Source: a virus. Taken from it: a DNA stretch of 64,000 nt. Position numbers and translations under genes: made by a program. The notes under the pieces are model-generated. The model did not search any database and was not told the DNA's origin. It saw only the letters and a list, made by a program, of their open reading frames with translations. The first letter of the stretch is position 1. Each line of letters starts with the position of its first letter. The stretch lies in IMG/VR virus record IMGVR_UViG_3300024308_000028, positions 6,375-70,374 of that record. One strand, written 5' to 3'. This document shows, piece by piece, positions 1 to 10,406 of the stretch.

Positions 1-1068
1 GCGTGTCTGGAAAATCCAGGTCATAGCTATAGCAAAGCTGCTCTGATAATCCATGTCGGGCCTAAAGCCGAATATGCTGCTGAAGCTGTCGCTAAGTGGA
101 CTGCTCTGGGCTACCGAGTCATTGACCTGACTCAGGAACATGACTGGGATTTACCTGGAGTAGAGAGACGCAGAATCGCAAAGGAAGCTGCTGCTGTACG
201 TGCACGTAAAAAACAAGCATTGCTGGATGCAGGTATGAAAGGCTCTGAGCCTAATCGCCTGATTTCTATCAACTGTTTGATTGGTCAGCGTAGTTTCTTC
301 ACTGCTGAGCGTAAAGCTGCAACCATGCCGTGGATTAGCTATGACTTCGCTGCACCGGAAACATGGAAGAAAAACAACCACGTTGACGTCCCAGAACCAG
401 TGTACTACATCACCCAAAAGGATGTTCATACAGGTAAACCATCGAGCAATCCTCAAATTGGCTCCATGCACACCTGGAATGACCTGACGGAGGAAGTACG
501 TGCTGTAACTATCATCTGTCGTAATAAGACAGAGGTTAATAAGGCCATTAAACGTGGTGCTGTCCACCTGGACGACAAACGTTACAAAGAACTGTTTAGT
601 GTTATCACTACCAAAGAGTTCAAAAAGTATGCTACCGAGGAACGCTTAGGATTCCTGGAATACCTGGGCATGGATGGTGGCGAGTGGCAGGAGCTACTGA
701 AGCTGCTGGGTATTAAACATAAAGTCCTCGACTCTATGGTTAACCGTCCAGAGTTTAACTGGGCTTACGATTTCTTAGACAGCAACCGTTATCATGACCG
801 TGAGAAACTGGTTAGCTTAGGTCTGATGGATAGTACTGATGGACTCTCAGAGTACACCAAACTAACTCATCTGAAATCATTTAAGCACCTGCAAGCATTG
901 TGCGATTTAAAGGGTATCTTCCATAGTAGTGAAGTGGGAGGCCCATTGTATGGCACTTCCATTGATACTCTACTGAGATGGGTCAAAGAACACCCGGAAG
1001 ACATTCCGGCGTATAAAGCCCTTATCCGTAACGCAATCACCAAACGTAAAGGTATATACACCCGATGA
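1..1068 (+). CDS. rIIA: rIIA-like protein (N4 gp33-like), 5' end truncated by the window
   Basis: Frame is open from base 1 to TGA 1068; it overlaps the rIIB-like gene by ATGA, the usual rIIA-rIIB order in N4-like phages. Confidence 0.7.
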   Translation, partial: ACLENPGHSYSKAALIIHVGPKAEYAAEAVAKWTALGYRVIDLTQEHDWDLPGVERRRIAKEAAAVRARKKQALLDAGMKGSEPNRLISINCLIGQRSFFTAERKAATMPWISYDFAAPETWKKNNHVDVPEPVYYITQKDVHTGKPSSNPQIGSMHTWNDLTEEVRAVTIICRNKTEVNKAIKRGAVHLDDKRYKELFSVITTKEFKKYATEERLGFLEYLGMDGGEWQELLKLLGIKHKVLDSMVNRPEFNWAYDFLDSNRYHDREKLVSLGLMDSTDGLSEYTKLTHLKSFKHLQALCDLKGIFHSSEVGGPLYGTSIDTLLRWVKEHPEDIPAYKALIRNAITKRKGIYTR

Positions 1069-3167
1069 AAACTGAAATGTTGACTATCGTCGCACTCGCC
1101 GTTGATTCACATAATCTCACAATGTGGACGCCTACTGGCTCCACTGTCATCATCCCACAGGGCGACCATCGTGTTGCCCGTATCGTAGCAGAAGCCAAAG
1201 AAAAAGGGCTTCGTACTGGTAATCCTGTTGCAGTTGATATTGCTGAAGTTGTACCTCAGCGTGCTGAGTTCAATGATGCAGAGAAGAACACTAACGGCCT
1301 CGTTAAGTTCTTCAAAATGGCTAAGTCCAAGTTCCTGGAGTTCATCCAGGACGGGGCTGGCGATGTACCTGCTCCCGTGGTTCCTGACATTGAGTTAGGT
1401 TCACCTACTGAGCAACTGGTAAGTAAAGCAGTAGACACGTTCGTTGCTGTTAGCCAGGCTGTTAAGCCTATGGAAGTAGTGGAAGAAGATGGTTGTTATG
1501 ACAAACATAATAACCTTCTCTGGATTGCTGGCTTCAATAAAGTACACGACCGTGTAGCTCTGATTCGTTTCATCATGGAAGTTACCCATCGTGATTCAGA
1601 AGATGCCATTCTGTTAGCTAACAGTGAGTGGCCTATCGCCCTGACATCAGCAAGCGATGATGTAGCTTATGAGTTCAACAAACGTGCTCAGCAAATCAGT
1701 GGTGTTAAGTTTGTCATTACTGACAAAGACACTACGCCAGAGGCGTATGTTGAACCAGTGGCTAAACCTCAGCCGGGTATCAAACCTGAACCAACTAAGC
1801 AAGAGAAGCTCGCTGCTGCCTCAGAGAAGCTACAAGCATTGGGTGCAATCGGTACTGACAATGCAGACTTCCATAAAGATGTTGCGGAAGACGAAGTAGT
1901 AGTAGCCGTTACTCCTGCTGGTGTAGTTCCGGGGGTTGAAAACCTTCAGCGTCACCTGCGTCAAGCATCTAAGCTGAAAGACTATAAAGGCTTTAACCGC
2001 TTCCTTGAGCGTCTGGCTCCAGTGGTTAAAGACCGTCGTCACTCAGCAGAAGACCTGATGAAGTTCATGGAAACAGCCGAACTGCCTATTGCAGACGATG
2101 GCTGCATCCTGTTCCTGAAACGCTTGCGTTCCAAAGGTACTGATGACCAGGGTCGTCGTGTATTTGTGGATTGCCACTCCGGTAACATCCGTCAGTGGGT
2201 AGGCTGTAAGGTACAGGTACGTGAAGACCTGGTAGACCCTGACCGTCGTCGGGATTGTTCTAATGGTCTGCACGTAGCATCTATGAGCTACATCCGTGGA
2301 TTCTCAGGAGACGTTACCATTCTTGGTAAAGTTGCTCCTGAAGATGTATTTGCTGTACCGGAATACAACACCAATAAAATGCGTGTATCTGCGTACCACA
2401 TCCTGGCAGTACTGCCGGAAGAAGAACGTAATAACGTTAACTCCGGTATTTATCTGTCCAAGACTGAAGTTGGTAAAAAGCTTCTGAACGATGCAATCGT
2501 GGGCAACCACCAGTCACCTACCGACCTTGTTGTCGTTGGCGGTCATTATGGTGGCAACCTGAAGTATACGCAGTTGAGCCAAGTAGCTCAGGAACAAATC
2601 CGTAATACTGCTTCGAAAGAAGCAATCAATATGGAAGAGAAACTGAACGAGGTGCTTGCTGCTGAACCAGTAACCCCTGCTGATGTTAAGCCAGTAGTGG
2701 AATCCGAACCTGTCTCTAAGACTAAGGCTCCTACCGTGAAAGAACAAATCCTGGAACTCGTAGAAGAGTTTAAAGACGCTACTTCCCAAGAAGATAAGTT
2801 GGCTGCTGCTGACTTGCTGGTGGAAATGCGTGGTAAAGCTCGTAAGCCGTGGGCTGCATTTGGTGTTAGCAATGACATTGTGGATGCTATTGCTGCTGTA
2901 CGTTCCAAACGTATCCCAGAGCCAAAGGCTGAACCAGTGAAGAATGTTAAGGCTGCTCGCCCGGCTGCTGCCACTAAGGCAGCACCATCTGGTAAACACG
3001 CTGACAATCTGCGTAGCATCCTGAATGATACGTCGTACTCCGACTACCAGAAAGGCCATGCTCTGCATGATTACAAACGTGCTGCCAAGAAGTCATTCTC
3101 AGCAATGGGTCTGACTGAAGCTGAAGCACAGACGGCTACTCGTCTGGCTAAAGCTGCAACTAAGTAA
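1065..3167 (+). CDS. rIIB: rIIB-like protein (N4 gp34-like)
   Basis: 700 aa with rIIB core motifs LPIADDGC, D.HSG, V.PDRRRDCSNGLHVAS, KV.PEDV.AVP and KMRV..Y. Confidence 0.88.
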   Translation: MKTEMLTIVALAVDSHNLTMWTPTGSTVIIPQGDHRVARIVAEAKEKGLRTGNPVAVDIAEVVPQRAEFNDAEKNTNGLVKFFKMAKSKFLEFIQDGAGDVPAPVVPDIELGSPTEQLVSKAVDTFVAVSQAVKPMEVVEEDGCYDKHNNLLWIAGFNKVHDRVALIRFIMEVTHRDSEDAILLANSEWPIALTSASDDVAYEFNKRAQQISGVKFVITDKDTTPEAYVEPVAKPQPGIKPEPTKQEKLAAASEKLQALGAIGTDNADFHKDVAEDEVVVAVTPAGVVPGVENLQRHLRQASKLKDYKGFNRFLERLAPVVKDRRHSAEDLMKFMETAELPIADDGCILFLKRLRSKGTDDQGRRVFVDCHSGNIRQWVGCKVQVREDLVDPDRRRDCSNGLHVASMSYIRGFSGDVTILGKVAPEDVFAVPEYNTNKMRVSAYHILAVLPEEERNNVNSGIYLSKTEVGKKLLNDAIVGNHQSPTDLVVVGGHYGGNLKYTQLSQVAQEQIRNTASKEAINMEEKLNEVLAAEPVTPADVKPVVESEPVSKTKAPTVKEQILELVEEFKDATSQEDKLAAADLLVEMRGKARKPWAAFGVSNDIVDAIAAVRSKRIPEPKAEPVKNVKAARPAAATKAAPSGKHADNLRSILNDTSYSDYQKGHALHDYKRAAKKSFSAMGLTEAEAQTATRLAKAATK

Positions 3168-3229
3168 CAGCCTGTTCAAATGCCCTCACTTGTAATAAAG
3201 TGAGGGTATCTTTGAAGAGGAAATGTACT

Positions 3230-3625
3230 ATGTCTAAGGTTTATCGTGTTAATCGCAAAGCATCTGACGAGGACATCATTAAGATGAACTCTGTTGGTCT
3301 ATCCCTGGCAACTATTGCAAAGACGTTGGGGATTCACCCAACCACAGTTACTTTGCGATTACGTTCTCTCAATATTGAACCTGCCGACACCCGTCGCACC
3401 TTCATGGAGAACGTTTTACGACCCATGCCCACCCATGTAGCTGATTGGCTTGCAGAGCAAGTCGGGCCACAGTATGAGATTCGCTCTTACGTTCGTGACC
3501 TGCTCATGGAGGCTTATAATAACCGTCACCAACATCAAGAGAGTGCTCATGAGCGATTCCTCAAAAGATACGCTGGTACAAACTCAGAACTGGTTTCTGA
3601 AAGCCGTACCGACTCCGACGAGTAA
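3230..3625 (+). CDS. HTH DNA-binding protein (N4 gp35-like)
   Basis: GLSLATIAKTLGIHPTTVTLRL HTH motif; start moved to ATG 3230 behind GAGG. Confidence 0.75.
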   Translation: MSKVYRVNRKASDEDIIKMNSVGLSLATIAKTLGIHPTTVTLRLRSLNIEPADTRRTFMENVLRPMPTHVADWLAEQVGPQYEIRSYVRDLLMEAYNNRHQHQESAHERFLKRYAGTNSELVSESRTDSDE

Positions 3626-4004
3626 AAATATCAGTACCCAGATTGGTTGCCATCTGGAAGAAGTAGCAGAAATGCTGGAAGCAATCGGTAGCGAAAACCC
3701 GATGCAAAACATGATGCTGCTGGATGTACGTAATGCTATTGAGCATTTAGCAGACCGTATCAAAGCCTACGGCGAAGACCTTTACGTCAAAGACCGTAAA
3801 GAACTGCTGGACTCACTGGCTGACCAGATTGTTACAGCAACTGGCGTCGGCACTTTCCTTGGGATGAATGTCCCTGGAGCATTGGCTGAAGTCAATCGCT
3901 CAAACTATTCCAAGTTCGAAGATGGGGAACCTATCTTCAACGAAAACAAGAAAGTTATGAAAGGTAAGGATTACACTCCACCTGACTTAACCCCATACAT
4001 CTAA
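3549..4004 (+). CDS. MazG-like NTP pyrophosphohydrolase (N4 gp36-like)
   Basis: EE..E, ELLDSLADQIVT, EVNRSNYSKF and KVMKGKDYTPPDL motifs. Confidence 0.82.
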   Translation: MSDSSKDTLVQTQNWFLKAVPTPTSKNISTQIGCHLEEVAEMLEAIGSENPMQNMMLLDVRNAIEHLADRIKAYGEDLYVKDRKELLDSLADQIVTATGVGTFLGMNVPGALAEVNRSNYSKFEDGEPIFNENKKVMKGKDYTPPDLTPYI

Positions 4005-4025
4005 ACCCTCTACGGAGGGTTTTTT
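4004..4025 (+). terminator. Intrinsic terminator
   Basis: aaccctc-tacg-gagggtt followed by a T-tract. Confidence 0.7.
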
Positions 4026-4038
4026 ACTGGAGAAATAG

Positions 4039-5349
4039 ATGTTTTCCAAATCCACCAAGCTACCCCTGAACCAGGGGCAAGAAGCTGTAGCCAAGGAATT
4101 CTTTGACTTCCTGCTAGACCCTAACGCCACCGAGTTCAACATTTCTGGGCCTGGTGGTACTGGTAAGACATTCCTGATGTCACACCTCATTGATGACACT
4201 ATGCCTGCATATATGGAAACTTGTTCCCTCATGGGAGCCAAGCCACTGTATAACGAAGTCATCATGACTGCGACCACGAACAAAGCTGCTGAAGTCCTGG
4301 CTCAAGCGACTGGACGACCAACGTCCACGTATCACTCGTTCCAGGGACTGATTGTTAAGAATGACTTTAAGACTGGTGAGACTAATGTCGTACCATCTAA
4401 GTCATTTGCTATCAAGAAGAACAAAATCATATTTGTAGATGAAGCTTCTATGATTGACCGTCAGTTACTTCAGTATGCCCGTGAAGGTACTCACCAGTCT
4501 AAGCTGGTATTCGTCGGGGATGCTAGTCAGCTTCTCCCGGTTAAAGAGAATAAATCTCCTGTGTATGCAGGTAATATCCCGACTCACTATCTGACAGAGC
4601 AGATGCGTACCGACAAGCCAGAACTGAAAGCATTGCACCAGCAATTGCGTGATACAGTTAACGGCGTAACGGGATTCCTGCCAATCAAGTGTATTCCGGG
4701 CATTATCGACTGGGTACAAGGTGAAGAGATGGAAAAGCTCGTGCTTGAACATTTCTGTAACCAAACCGATAGCCGTATTGTTGCTTACACGAATGACCAG
4801 GTTATTAATTACAATAACTACATCCGTGAGGCCAATGGCTATAAAGGTGAGTACTCTATCGGTGAAGAACTGGTTTCCAACTCTGCTGTTAAGCTTGGAG
4901 TTGAAGACCGTCTGTCAATCGAACAGGAAGTGAAACTCATCGACCAGGACTCTAGTACTCGCATGGTTCGTGTCGTTAATGACATTGAACTTGAAGTGCG
5001 TGATAGTACTCTTGACCTGGGCTATGGTGGTATTGTCAGCGAAGTACCAGTACCAACTGACCCGGACTACTTTAACCGTCTGGTTAAGTGGTTAGGTAAG
5101 GATAAAAACTGGGAACCGTATTTCCGTATGAAGGAAACTATTCCTGACCTCCGTGCTACTCATGCCTGTACTGTCCATAAATCACAAGGCTCTACTTACG
5201 ATACCATCTTTATTGATGCTACCGACCTCTCAAGCTGTCGCCAACCTGATATGGTTGCCCGTCTGCTTTACGTCGCAGTATCTCGTGCTCGTTGTCGAGT
5301 CGTGTTCTATGGAGAACTGGCTAAGAAGTATGGTGGATTAACCTTCTAA
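4039..5349 (+). CDS. SF1B (Dda/RecD-like) DNA helicase
   Basis: GPGGTGKT, ATTNKAA, VDEASM, VGDASQL, TVHKSQGSTY and LYVAVSRAR motifs. Confidence 0.93.
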   Translation: MFSKSTKLPLNQGQEAVAKEFFDFLLDPNATEFNISGPGGTGKTFLMSHLIDDTMPAYMETCSLMGAKPLYNEVIMTATTNKAAEVLAQATGRPTSTYHSFQGLIVKNDFKTGETNVVPSKSFAIKKNKIIFVDEASMIDRQLLQYAREGTHQSKLVFVGDASQLLPVKENKSPVYAGNIPTHYLTEQMRTDKPELKALHQQLRDTVNGVTGFLPIKCIPGIIDWVQGEEMEKLVLEHFCNQTDSRIVAYTNDQVINYNNYIREANGYKGEYSIGEELVSNSAVKLGVEDRLSIEQEVKLIDQDSSTRMVRVVNDIELEVRDSTLDLGYGGIVSEVPVPTDPDYFNRLVKWLGKDKNWEPYFRMKETIPDLRATHACTVHKSQGSTYDTIFIDATDLSSCRQPDMVARLLYVAVSRARCRVVFYGELAKKYGGLTF

Positions 5350-5358
5350 GGAGGACAT

Positions 5359-5889
5359 ATGCCACAAGTTGGAACTGCCACAATCGGTCAAATTGCTAAC
5401 AGCAGTGAGATTGTGAAACACCTGTTCCTTGCTGAACTCGTCCGTCTGGATGGTGTCCTTAATGGCATCATTGATAAGAACGACCGTATTCACGGTATAG
5501 ACGTATCAGCAGGATTCCTGCATCAAGGCGAATTCTATCAACGTTCTAATGCTACCAGACAGCCTACTGCTGGCGAACGGTTAATGCTCAATCCAGACCT
5601 ATGGCCTGCGATGGACAAATACCTGAAAGCCTCAAGCAGACTGATTATGGAAGTGCATTTAGTTAACCAGACAGTTTATCGCCTGGTTAGGGGATGTATG
5701 ACATTCCAGGATGTACGTGATGCTTTACCTGAATGTTTGGTTGCTCAAGACCAGACGGGAAAATACAAAGAGTTGCCTCGTACTCGTGAGGCTGCATGGA
5801 CTCTACAGGGCGATGCTATGGCAATCAGCCAGTATGAGAAAGTACTGCCATCTATCGAGTATTACGCTGCTGCTCACCTGATTTTCTAA
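5359..5889 (+). CDS. Conserved hypothetical protein (N4 gp38-like)
   Basis: 176 aa, strong RBS aggagga, lies between the helicase and polymerase genes. Confidence 0.75.
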   Translation: MPQVGTATIGQIANSSEIVKHLFLAELVRLDGVLNGIIDKNDRIHGIDVSAGFLHQGEFYQRSNATRQPTAGERLMLNPDLWPAMDKYLKASSRLIMEVHLVNQTVYRLVRGCMTFQDVRDALPECLVAQDQTGKYKELPRTREAAWTLQGDAMAISQYEKVLPSIEYYAAAHLIF

Positions 5890-5898
5890 GGGGAAGTT

Positions 5899-8478
5899 AT
5901 GCGTTACATCACTTCGCAGGATACGGGTAAGTATCCAATTGCAATCCTCAGTACCCGGCTTGACCGTAATGAAATGATTAAGACCTATCTGACTCCAGAT
6001 GGTCTTAGCATGGAAGATTTTATCTTCCTTCAGCTACATTCGGCTCCGGGTAAAAAGAAAACTCCTGCTAAGGAAATGAAGGAGTTTATCGAACAGGAAC
6101 TGCAATCCGTACTGGACACAGCCGGAACTCAGTACATCATTTGTACCGATTCTGATTACTTCAAAGTACTGACCAAAGAGGCAAAGGCAGAGGCTAATCT
6201 CGGCTACATTTGCCAGTCAGTCTGGGGTAACCAGAAGGTTATCTATGTCCCCAATTATAGGCAGGTCTTTTATGACCCCCCTGTCGTTCGGGCAAAGATT
6301 AAGCAGGGAATGGATGCCTTACTTGACCATATCCGTGGTCAGTATGCTGAACCAGGGCAAGGCATCATTGAGTTTGAGGCTTACCCGGAAACTCCCGAAG
6401 AGATTAAAGCCTGGCTTGACCAGTTGCTTGAGATGAATAAGCCATTGGCTATAGACATTGAATCCTTCGGATTAAAGCACTATAACGCTGGCATAGGGAC
6501 GATTACGTTCTGCTGGAGCAAGACCCAAGGCATTGCCTTTAACGTTGATTACGAGCCGATTCCGGGGGCTACTGAAGCACCCTATGGACGGCGTGTCAGA
6601 AATGACATTGTTCGCAATCTGTTAAGGGACTTCTTCATCAAGTACATGCAACGGCAGATGTATCACAACATCAGCTATGACGTGTACATATTGATATACC
6701 AACTATTCATGAACAACCTGATTGATACAGGTGGTCTGTTAGATGGTATGGATGTGATGCTACGTAACTGGGACTGCACCAAGCTGATTACGTACCTTGC
6801 TACTAACAGTTGTGCTGGCAATCACTTGAGTCTTAAGGAACAAGCTCAGGAATATGCTGGTAACTATGCTCAGGATGATATTAAGGATATCTGTCTCATC
6901 CCGAACGACCAACTGCTGCGTTATAACCTCATAGATGGTCTGTGTACCTGGTACACCTATGAGAAGCATTGGGATACCCTAATCGCTGATGACCAATTGG
7001 ATGTTTATAACAACATCTTTAAGCCTGCATGTGAGGACATTATCCAGATGCAACTTACCGGAATGCCCATGAACATGGACACGGTAAATGAAGTTGCTAA
7101 GGAAATGGAAACTGACAGGAATCAGGCAATGAAGACTATCCAGAATTCCCTTCTGGTTAAAAACTTCACCCTGCAACTCCGTCAGGAATGGGTAGACGAT
7201 AAGAACGCCACTCTTAAAAAGAAACGAGTAACGCTTGCTGACTGTGACCTTGAGTTTAATCCGAACTCCGGCCCACAACTGCAAAAGCTGCTATTCGAGT
7301 CTATAGGTCTGCCAGTATTAGGCTTGACCAAGAGTAAGCAACCTGCAACTGATGGTGACACTATCAAAGCTCTGCGTAGTCATACGCAGAATGATGACGT
7401 TAAGGAACTGCTCAATGCACTTATCGACTATAAGCTCGTGGATAAGATTATCACTAGCTTTATACCAGCTTTCAGGAATGCCCAACCAGGGCCGGATGGC
7501 TGGCACTACCTGTTCGGTAACCTCAATCTGGGAGGCACAGTCTCCGGTAGGCTATCGGCTTCAGAGCCAAATCTACAAACAATTCCATCCGGTTCTAAGT
7601 ATGCGAAAGCAATCAAACGTTGCTTTGAAGCACCTCCTGGCTGGATATTTTGCGGTCTGGACTTCGCCTCGCTGGAAGACCGAATCTCTGCACTAACTAC
7701 TAAAGACCCTCAGAAACTTAAGGTGTATACCGATGGTTATGATGGTCACAGTCTCCGTGCATATGCTTACTTCGGTGAACAAATGCCAGACATAGTAGAC
7801 ACAGTTGCGTCGATTAATTCCATTAAAGAGAAATACAAACACTTGCGTGGTGACTCTAAAGTCCCAACATTCTTGCTTACCTATGGTGGCACGTATATGG
7901 GCTTGATGAAAAACTGTGGCTTCTCTGAAGAGAAGGCTAAGTTAACAGAGAAACGTTATCACGACCTTTATACGGTCAGTGATGCGTGGGTACAAGCGAA
8001 GCTGGACAAAGCTGCTAAGACAGGTTATGTCACTGCTGCATTTGGTTTGAGAGTGCGTACTCCTTTACTGGCTCAGGTATTACGTGGGACATGTAAGACT
8101 CCATATGAAGCAGAAGCCGAAGGCAGGACTGCTGGTAATGCTTTAGGGCAAAGCTGGTGTCTGCTCAATAACCGTGCTGGCTCTGAGTTTATGCGTAAAG
8201 TCAGGAAGAGTGAATTCCGTCTGGATATCAGACCAAGTATTCACATTCATGATGCCCAGTACTTTATGATTCGTGACAACATGGACACGTTACAGTACAC
8301 GAACAAGCATCTTGTCGATGCTGTAAACTGGCAAGCTCACCCGGATATTGCCAATCCAGACGTTGGTCTGGGGGGAGAATTATCCTTGTTCTACCCAACA
8401 TGGAAAGATGAAATCGTCATTCCTAATTACGCTTCCCCAGAGGAAGTGTTATCAACAATTCATAAGGCATTCGCATGA
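5899..8478 (+). CDS. DNA polymerase, family A, with 3'-5' exonuclease
   Basis: DIESFGL exonuclease motif, GTVSGRLS..PNLQ, DFASLEDR (motif A), R..SK..TF..TYGG (motif B), IHDA (motif C). Confidence 0.96.
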   Translation: MRYITSQDTGKYPIAILSTRLDRNEMIKTYLTPDGLSMEDFIFLQLHSAPGKKKTPAKEMKEFIEQELQSVLDTAGTQYIICTDSDYFKVLTKEAKAEANLGYICQSVWGNQKVIYVPNYRQVFYDPPVVRAKIKQGMDALLDHIRGQYAEPGQGIIEFEAYPETPEEIKAWLDQLLEMNKPLAIDIESFGLKHYNAGIGTITFCWSKTQGIAFNVDYEPIPGATEAPYGRRVRNDIVRNLLRDFFIKYMQRQMYHNISYDVYILIYQLFMNNLIDTGGLLDGMDVMLRNWDCTKLITYLATNSCAGNHLSLKEQAQEYAGNYAQDDIKDICLIPNDQLLRYNLIDGLCTWYTYEKHWDTLIADDQLDVYNNIFKPACEDIIQMQLTGMPMNMDTVNEVAKEMETDRNQAMKTIQNSLLVKNFTLQLRQEWVDDKNATLKKKRVTLADCDLEFNPNSGPQLQKLLFESIGLPVLGLTKSKQPATDGDTIKALRSHTQNDDVKELLNALIDYKLVDKIITSFIPAFRNAQPGPDGWHYLFGNLNLGGTVSGRLSASEPNLQTIPSGSKYAKAIKRCFEAPPGWIFCGLDFASLEDRISALTTKDPQKLKVYTDGYDGHSLRAYAYFGEQMPDIVDTVASINSIKEKYKHLRGDSKVPTFLLTYGGTYMGLMKNCGFSEEKAKLTEKRYHDLYTVSDAWVQAKLDKAAKTGYVTAAFGLRVRTPLLAQVLRGTCKTPYEAEAEGRTAGNALGQSWCLLNNRAGSEFMRKVRKSEFRLDIRPSIHIHDAQYFMIRDNMDTLQYTNKHLVDAVNWQAHPDIANPDVGLGGELSLFYPTWKDEIVIPNYASPEEVLSTIHKAFA

Positions 8479-8771
8479 CCGAGAAAACCGTTGTCAAAAA
8501 GTATCACTGGCTCATCTCTGCACAACTGGTATTTGTTCTGCCAGAGCAGAAGGAAGGTTCTGTTATCACCATGAACACCATGCTGCTGACAGACGAACCA
8601 GTGGTTAACTACAAAGACCTGGCTCGTGCAAACCATACGCTGAAAGTCAGTCTTGACCAGCGTTTCGAAACTCCAGTTGACCTGAAAGACATTGTTATCC
8701 TGGCTGCAAGCAACCTGGGTCTGATGTCTGAACCAGAGTTCAAAGCTGGCATGGTTCCTGAAGAGGCATAA
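8475..8771 (+). CDS. Hypothetical protein (N4 gp40-like)
   Basis: ATGA overlap with the polymerase gene; 98 aa. Confidence 0.7.
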   Translation: MTEKTVVKKYHWLISAQLVFVLPEQKEGSVITMNTMLLTDEPVVNYKDLARANHTLKVSLDQRFETPVDLKDIVILAASNLGLMSEPEFKAGMVPEEA

Positions 8772-8772
8772 T

Positions 8773-9429
8773 ATGACTAAGCTCTCCGGTGGTCTTAATA
8801 ACTGGTACGTAGTGCCAGTGAAGAATCCCCAACGGAAAGAGCAAGAGCCATATCAGGCTGAATGCGAGGATATTATCCAAGCACTGGGCATGACCTTCGA
8901 TGAAGGTTGTGCCTTTAAAGCCCTATGGCGAAATGCTGCTGCCCGTATGGGTAATGGAAAACCCGGTAATACTGCTGTCTATGACGCAGAGAAACTGGTG
9001 CACTATGCCAACCGTATTCTGGCTAAAGAAAGAGTGGCTGCTATTGTTGCCCCATTTCTCGAATCAGAGGAAATCTGGTTCACTCCCGACCACGGTCATG
9101 ACCTCCTGCTCAATGTCCAAGTTGAAGTTGAACACTTCATCGGAGGCAAGTCCATCCTGCCTATGCAAGATGTCCAGTGGGACAACGTTAAGCGATTCCG
9201 TTACATCAACGGAGTACCTGAACGTCAACCAGAAAGTGGTGACGGAAGCCGACCTATTTCAGATAAAGCGGGAGATGATGGCTGGATTCATTCTGATAAA
9301 CAGCCATTCATTACCCAAAAGTACGAGTCCATTGAATGTGTATACCGAAATGGGCAACGTCATACGTTCCATTTGGCATCGTATGCTGACTGGAAAATGG
9401 TCTGGAAATACAGGATTAACTACTCATGA
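8773..9429 (+). CDS. DUF3310-like N-terminal domain protein (N4 gp41-like) with C-terminal extension
   Basis: ECEDIIQALGMTFDEGCAFKALWR...DAEKLVHYA pattern. Confidence 0.65.
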   Translation: MTKLSGGLNNWYVVPVKNPQRKEQEPYQAECEDIIQALGMTFDEGCAFKALWRNAAARMGNGKPGNTAVYDAEKLVHYANRILAKERVAAIVAPFLESEEIWFTPDHGHDLLLNVQVEVEHFIGGKSILPMQDVQWDNVKRFRYINGVPERQPESGDGSRPISDKAGDDGWIHSDKQPFITQKYESIECVYRNGQRHTFHLASYADWKMVWKYRINYS

Positions 9430-10406
9430 AAGTAACAAACGAACATGATGTAAGCCTGGCCTTATCAGTCTGGCTCCTGTACGACGAGTACGACTACATC
9501 GACAATCCTAAGTATCTGTCTGCAACTACACTGCTTAAACCACTTAAGCAGATTGTAATGCGACATCGTGTGGATATGAGTAATCAATCCATTGATGTAC
9601 TGGACTTTACTGCTGCGTCGATGGGTACTGGTCTGCACGACTCGATTGAAAAATCGTGGCGTAAGGGTTATAAGTCTGCACTCAAAAAACTTGGTTATCC
9701 TCAACGAGTCATTGATGCAGTAGTCATCGACCCTACCCCGGAAGACTTCGCCAAGAATCCTGACCTCATCCCAGTTTATCTGGAGAGACGAGGAACCAAG
9801 GTTCTCAATGGCTGGACTATTGGGGGCAAGTTCGACATCGTGACGGAAGGTCTGTTACAGGACTTTAAGTCAACCTCAACCTATTCCTGGGTTGCTGGTT
9901 CCCGTGACGACGAACATAAGATGCAAGGTAGCATCTATCGCTGGATTCACGACGACATCATCACTGAGGATGTAATCCGTATTAACTACATCTTCACCGA
10001 CTTCCAAAAGTACATGGCTGCAAGCAATCCGAAGTATCCTGCCCGTCGCATTATGCACAAGGATATTCCGTTGATGCCGTATGAACGGACTGAAGCCTGG
10101 ATAGGTGAAAAGCTCAACCTCATTGATAAGTTCTGGGATGCACCTGAAAGTGAAATCCCTGAATGTACCGATGAGGAGTTGTGGCGAAGTGAACCACAGT
10201 TCAAATACTTCTCTGACGCTGCCAAGGTAGATGTACCGGGAGCCAGGAGTACCAAGAACTTTGATGACCTGATGTCAGCTCGACAGCATATGGCTGAGAA
10301 AGGTGGCAAAGGTGCAATCAAGGTCGTCGAGGGACAAGTAAAACGCTGCGAGTATTGTGCCGTGGCATCCATTTGTAAGCAAAGAGAGAGATATTTCCCA
10401 TCATGA
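9426..10406 (+). CDS. PD-(D/E)XK exonuclease (N4 gp42-like)
   Basis: GTGLH, GKFD..LQDFKST, Q.SIY and a C-terminal C..C.....C cluster. Confidence 0.85.
   Translation: MKVTNEHDVSLALSVWLLYDEYDYIDNPKYLSATTLLKPLKQIVMRHRVDMSNQSIDVLDFTAASMGTGLHDSIEKSWRKGYKSALKKLGYPQRVIDAVVIDPTPEDFAKNPDLIPVYLERRGTKVLNGWTIGGKFDIVTEGLLQDFKSTSTYSWVAGSRDDEHKMQGSIYRWIHDDIITEDVIRINYIFTDFQKYMAASNPKYPARRIMHKDIPLMPYERTEAWIGEKLNLIDKFWDAPESEIPECTDEELWRSEPQFKYFSDAAKVDVPGARSTKNFDDLMSARQHMAEKGGKGAIKVVEGQVKRCEYCAVASICKQRERYFPS

Noticed and set aside
9426-10406. Cas4 / CRISPR system
   Set aside because: It is the syntenic N4 replication nuclease; no repeat-spacer array or other cas gene was seen in the window.
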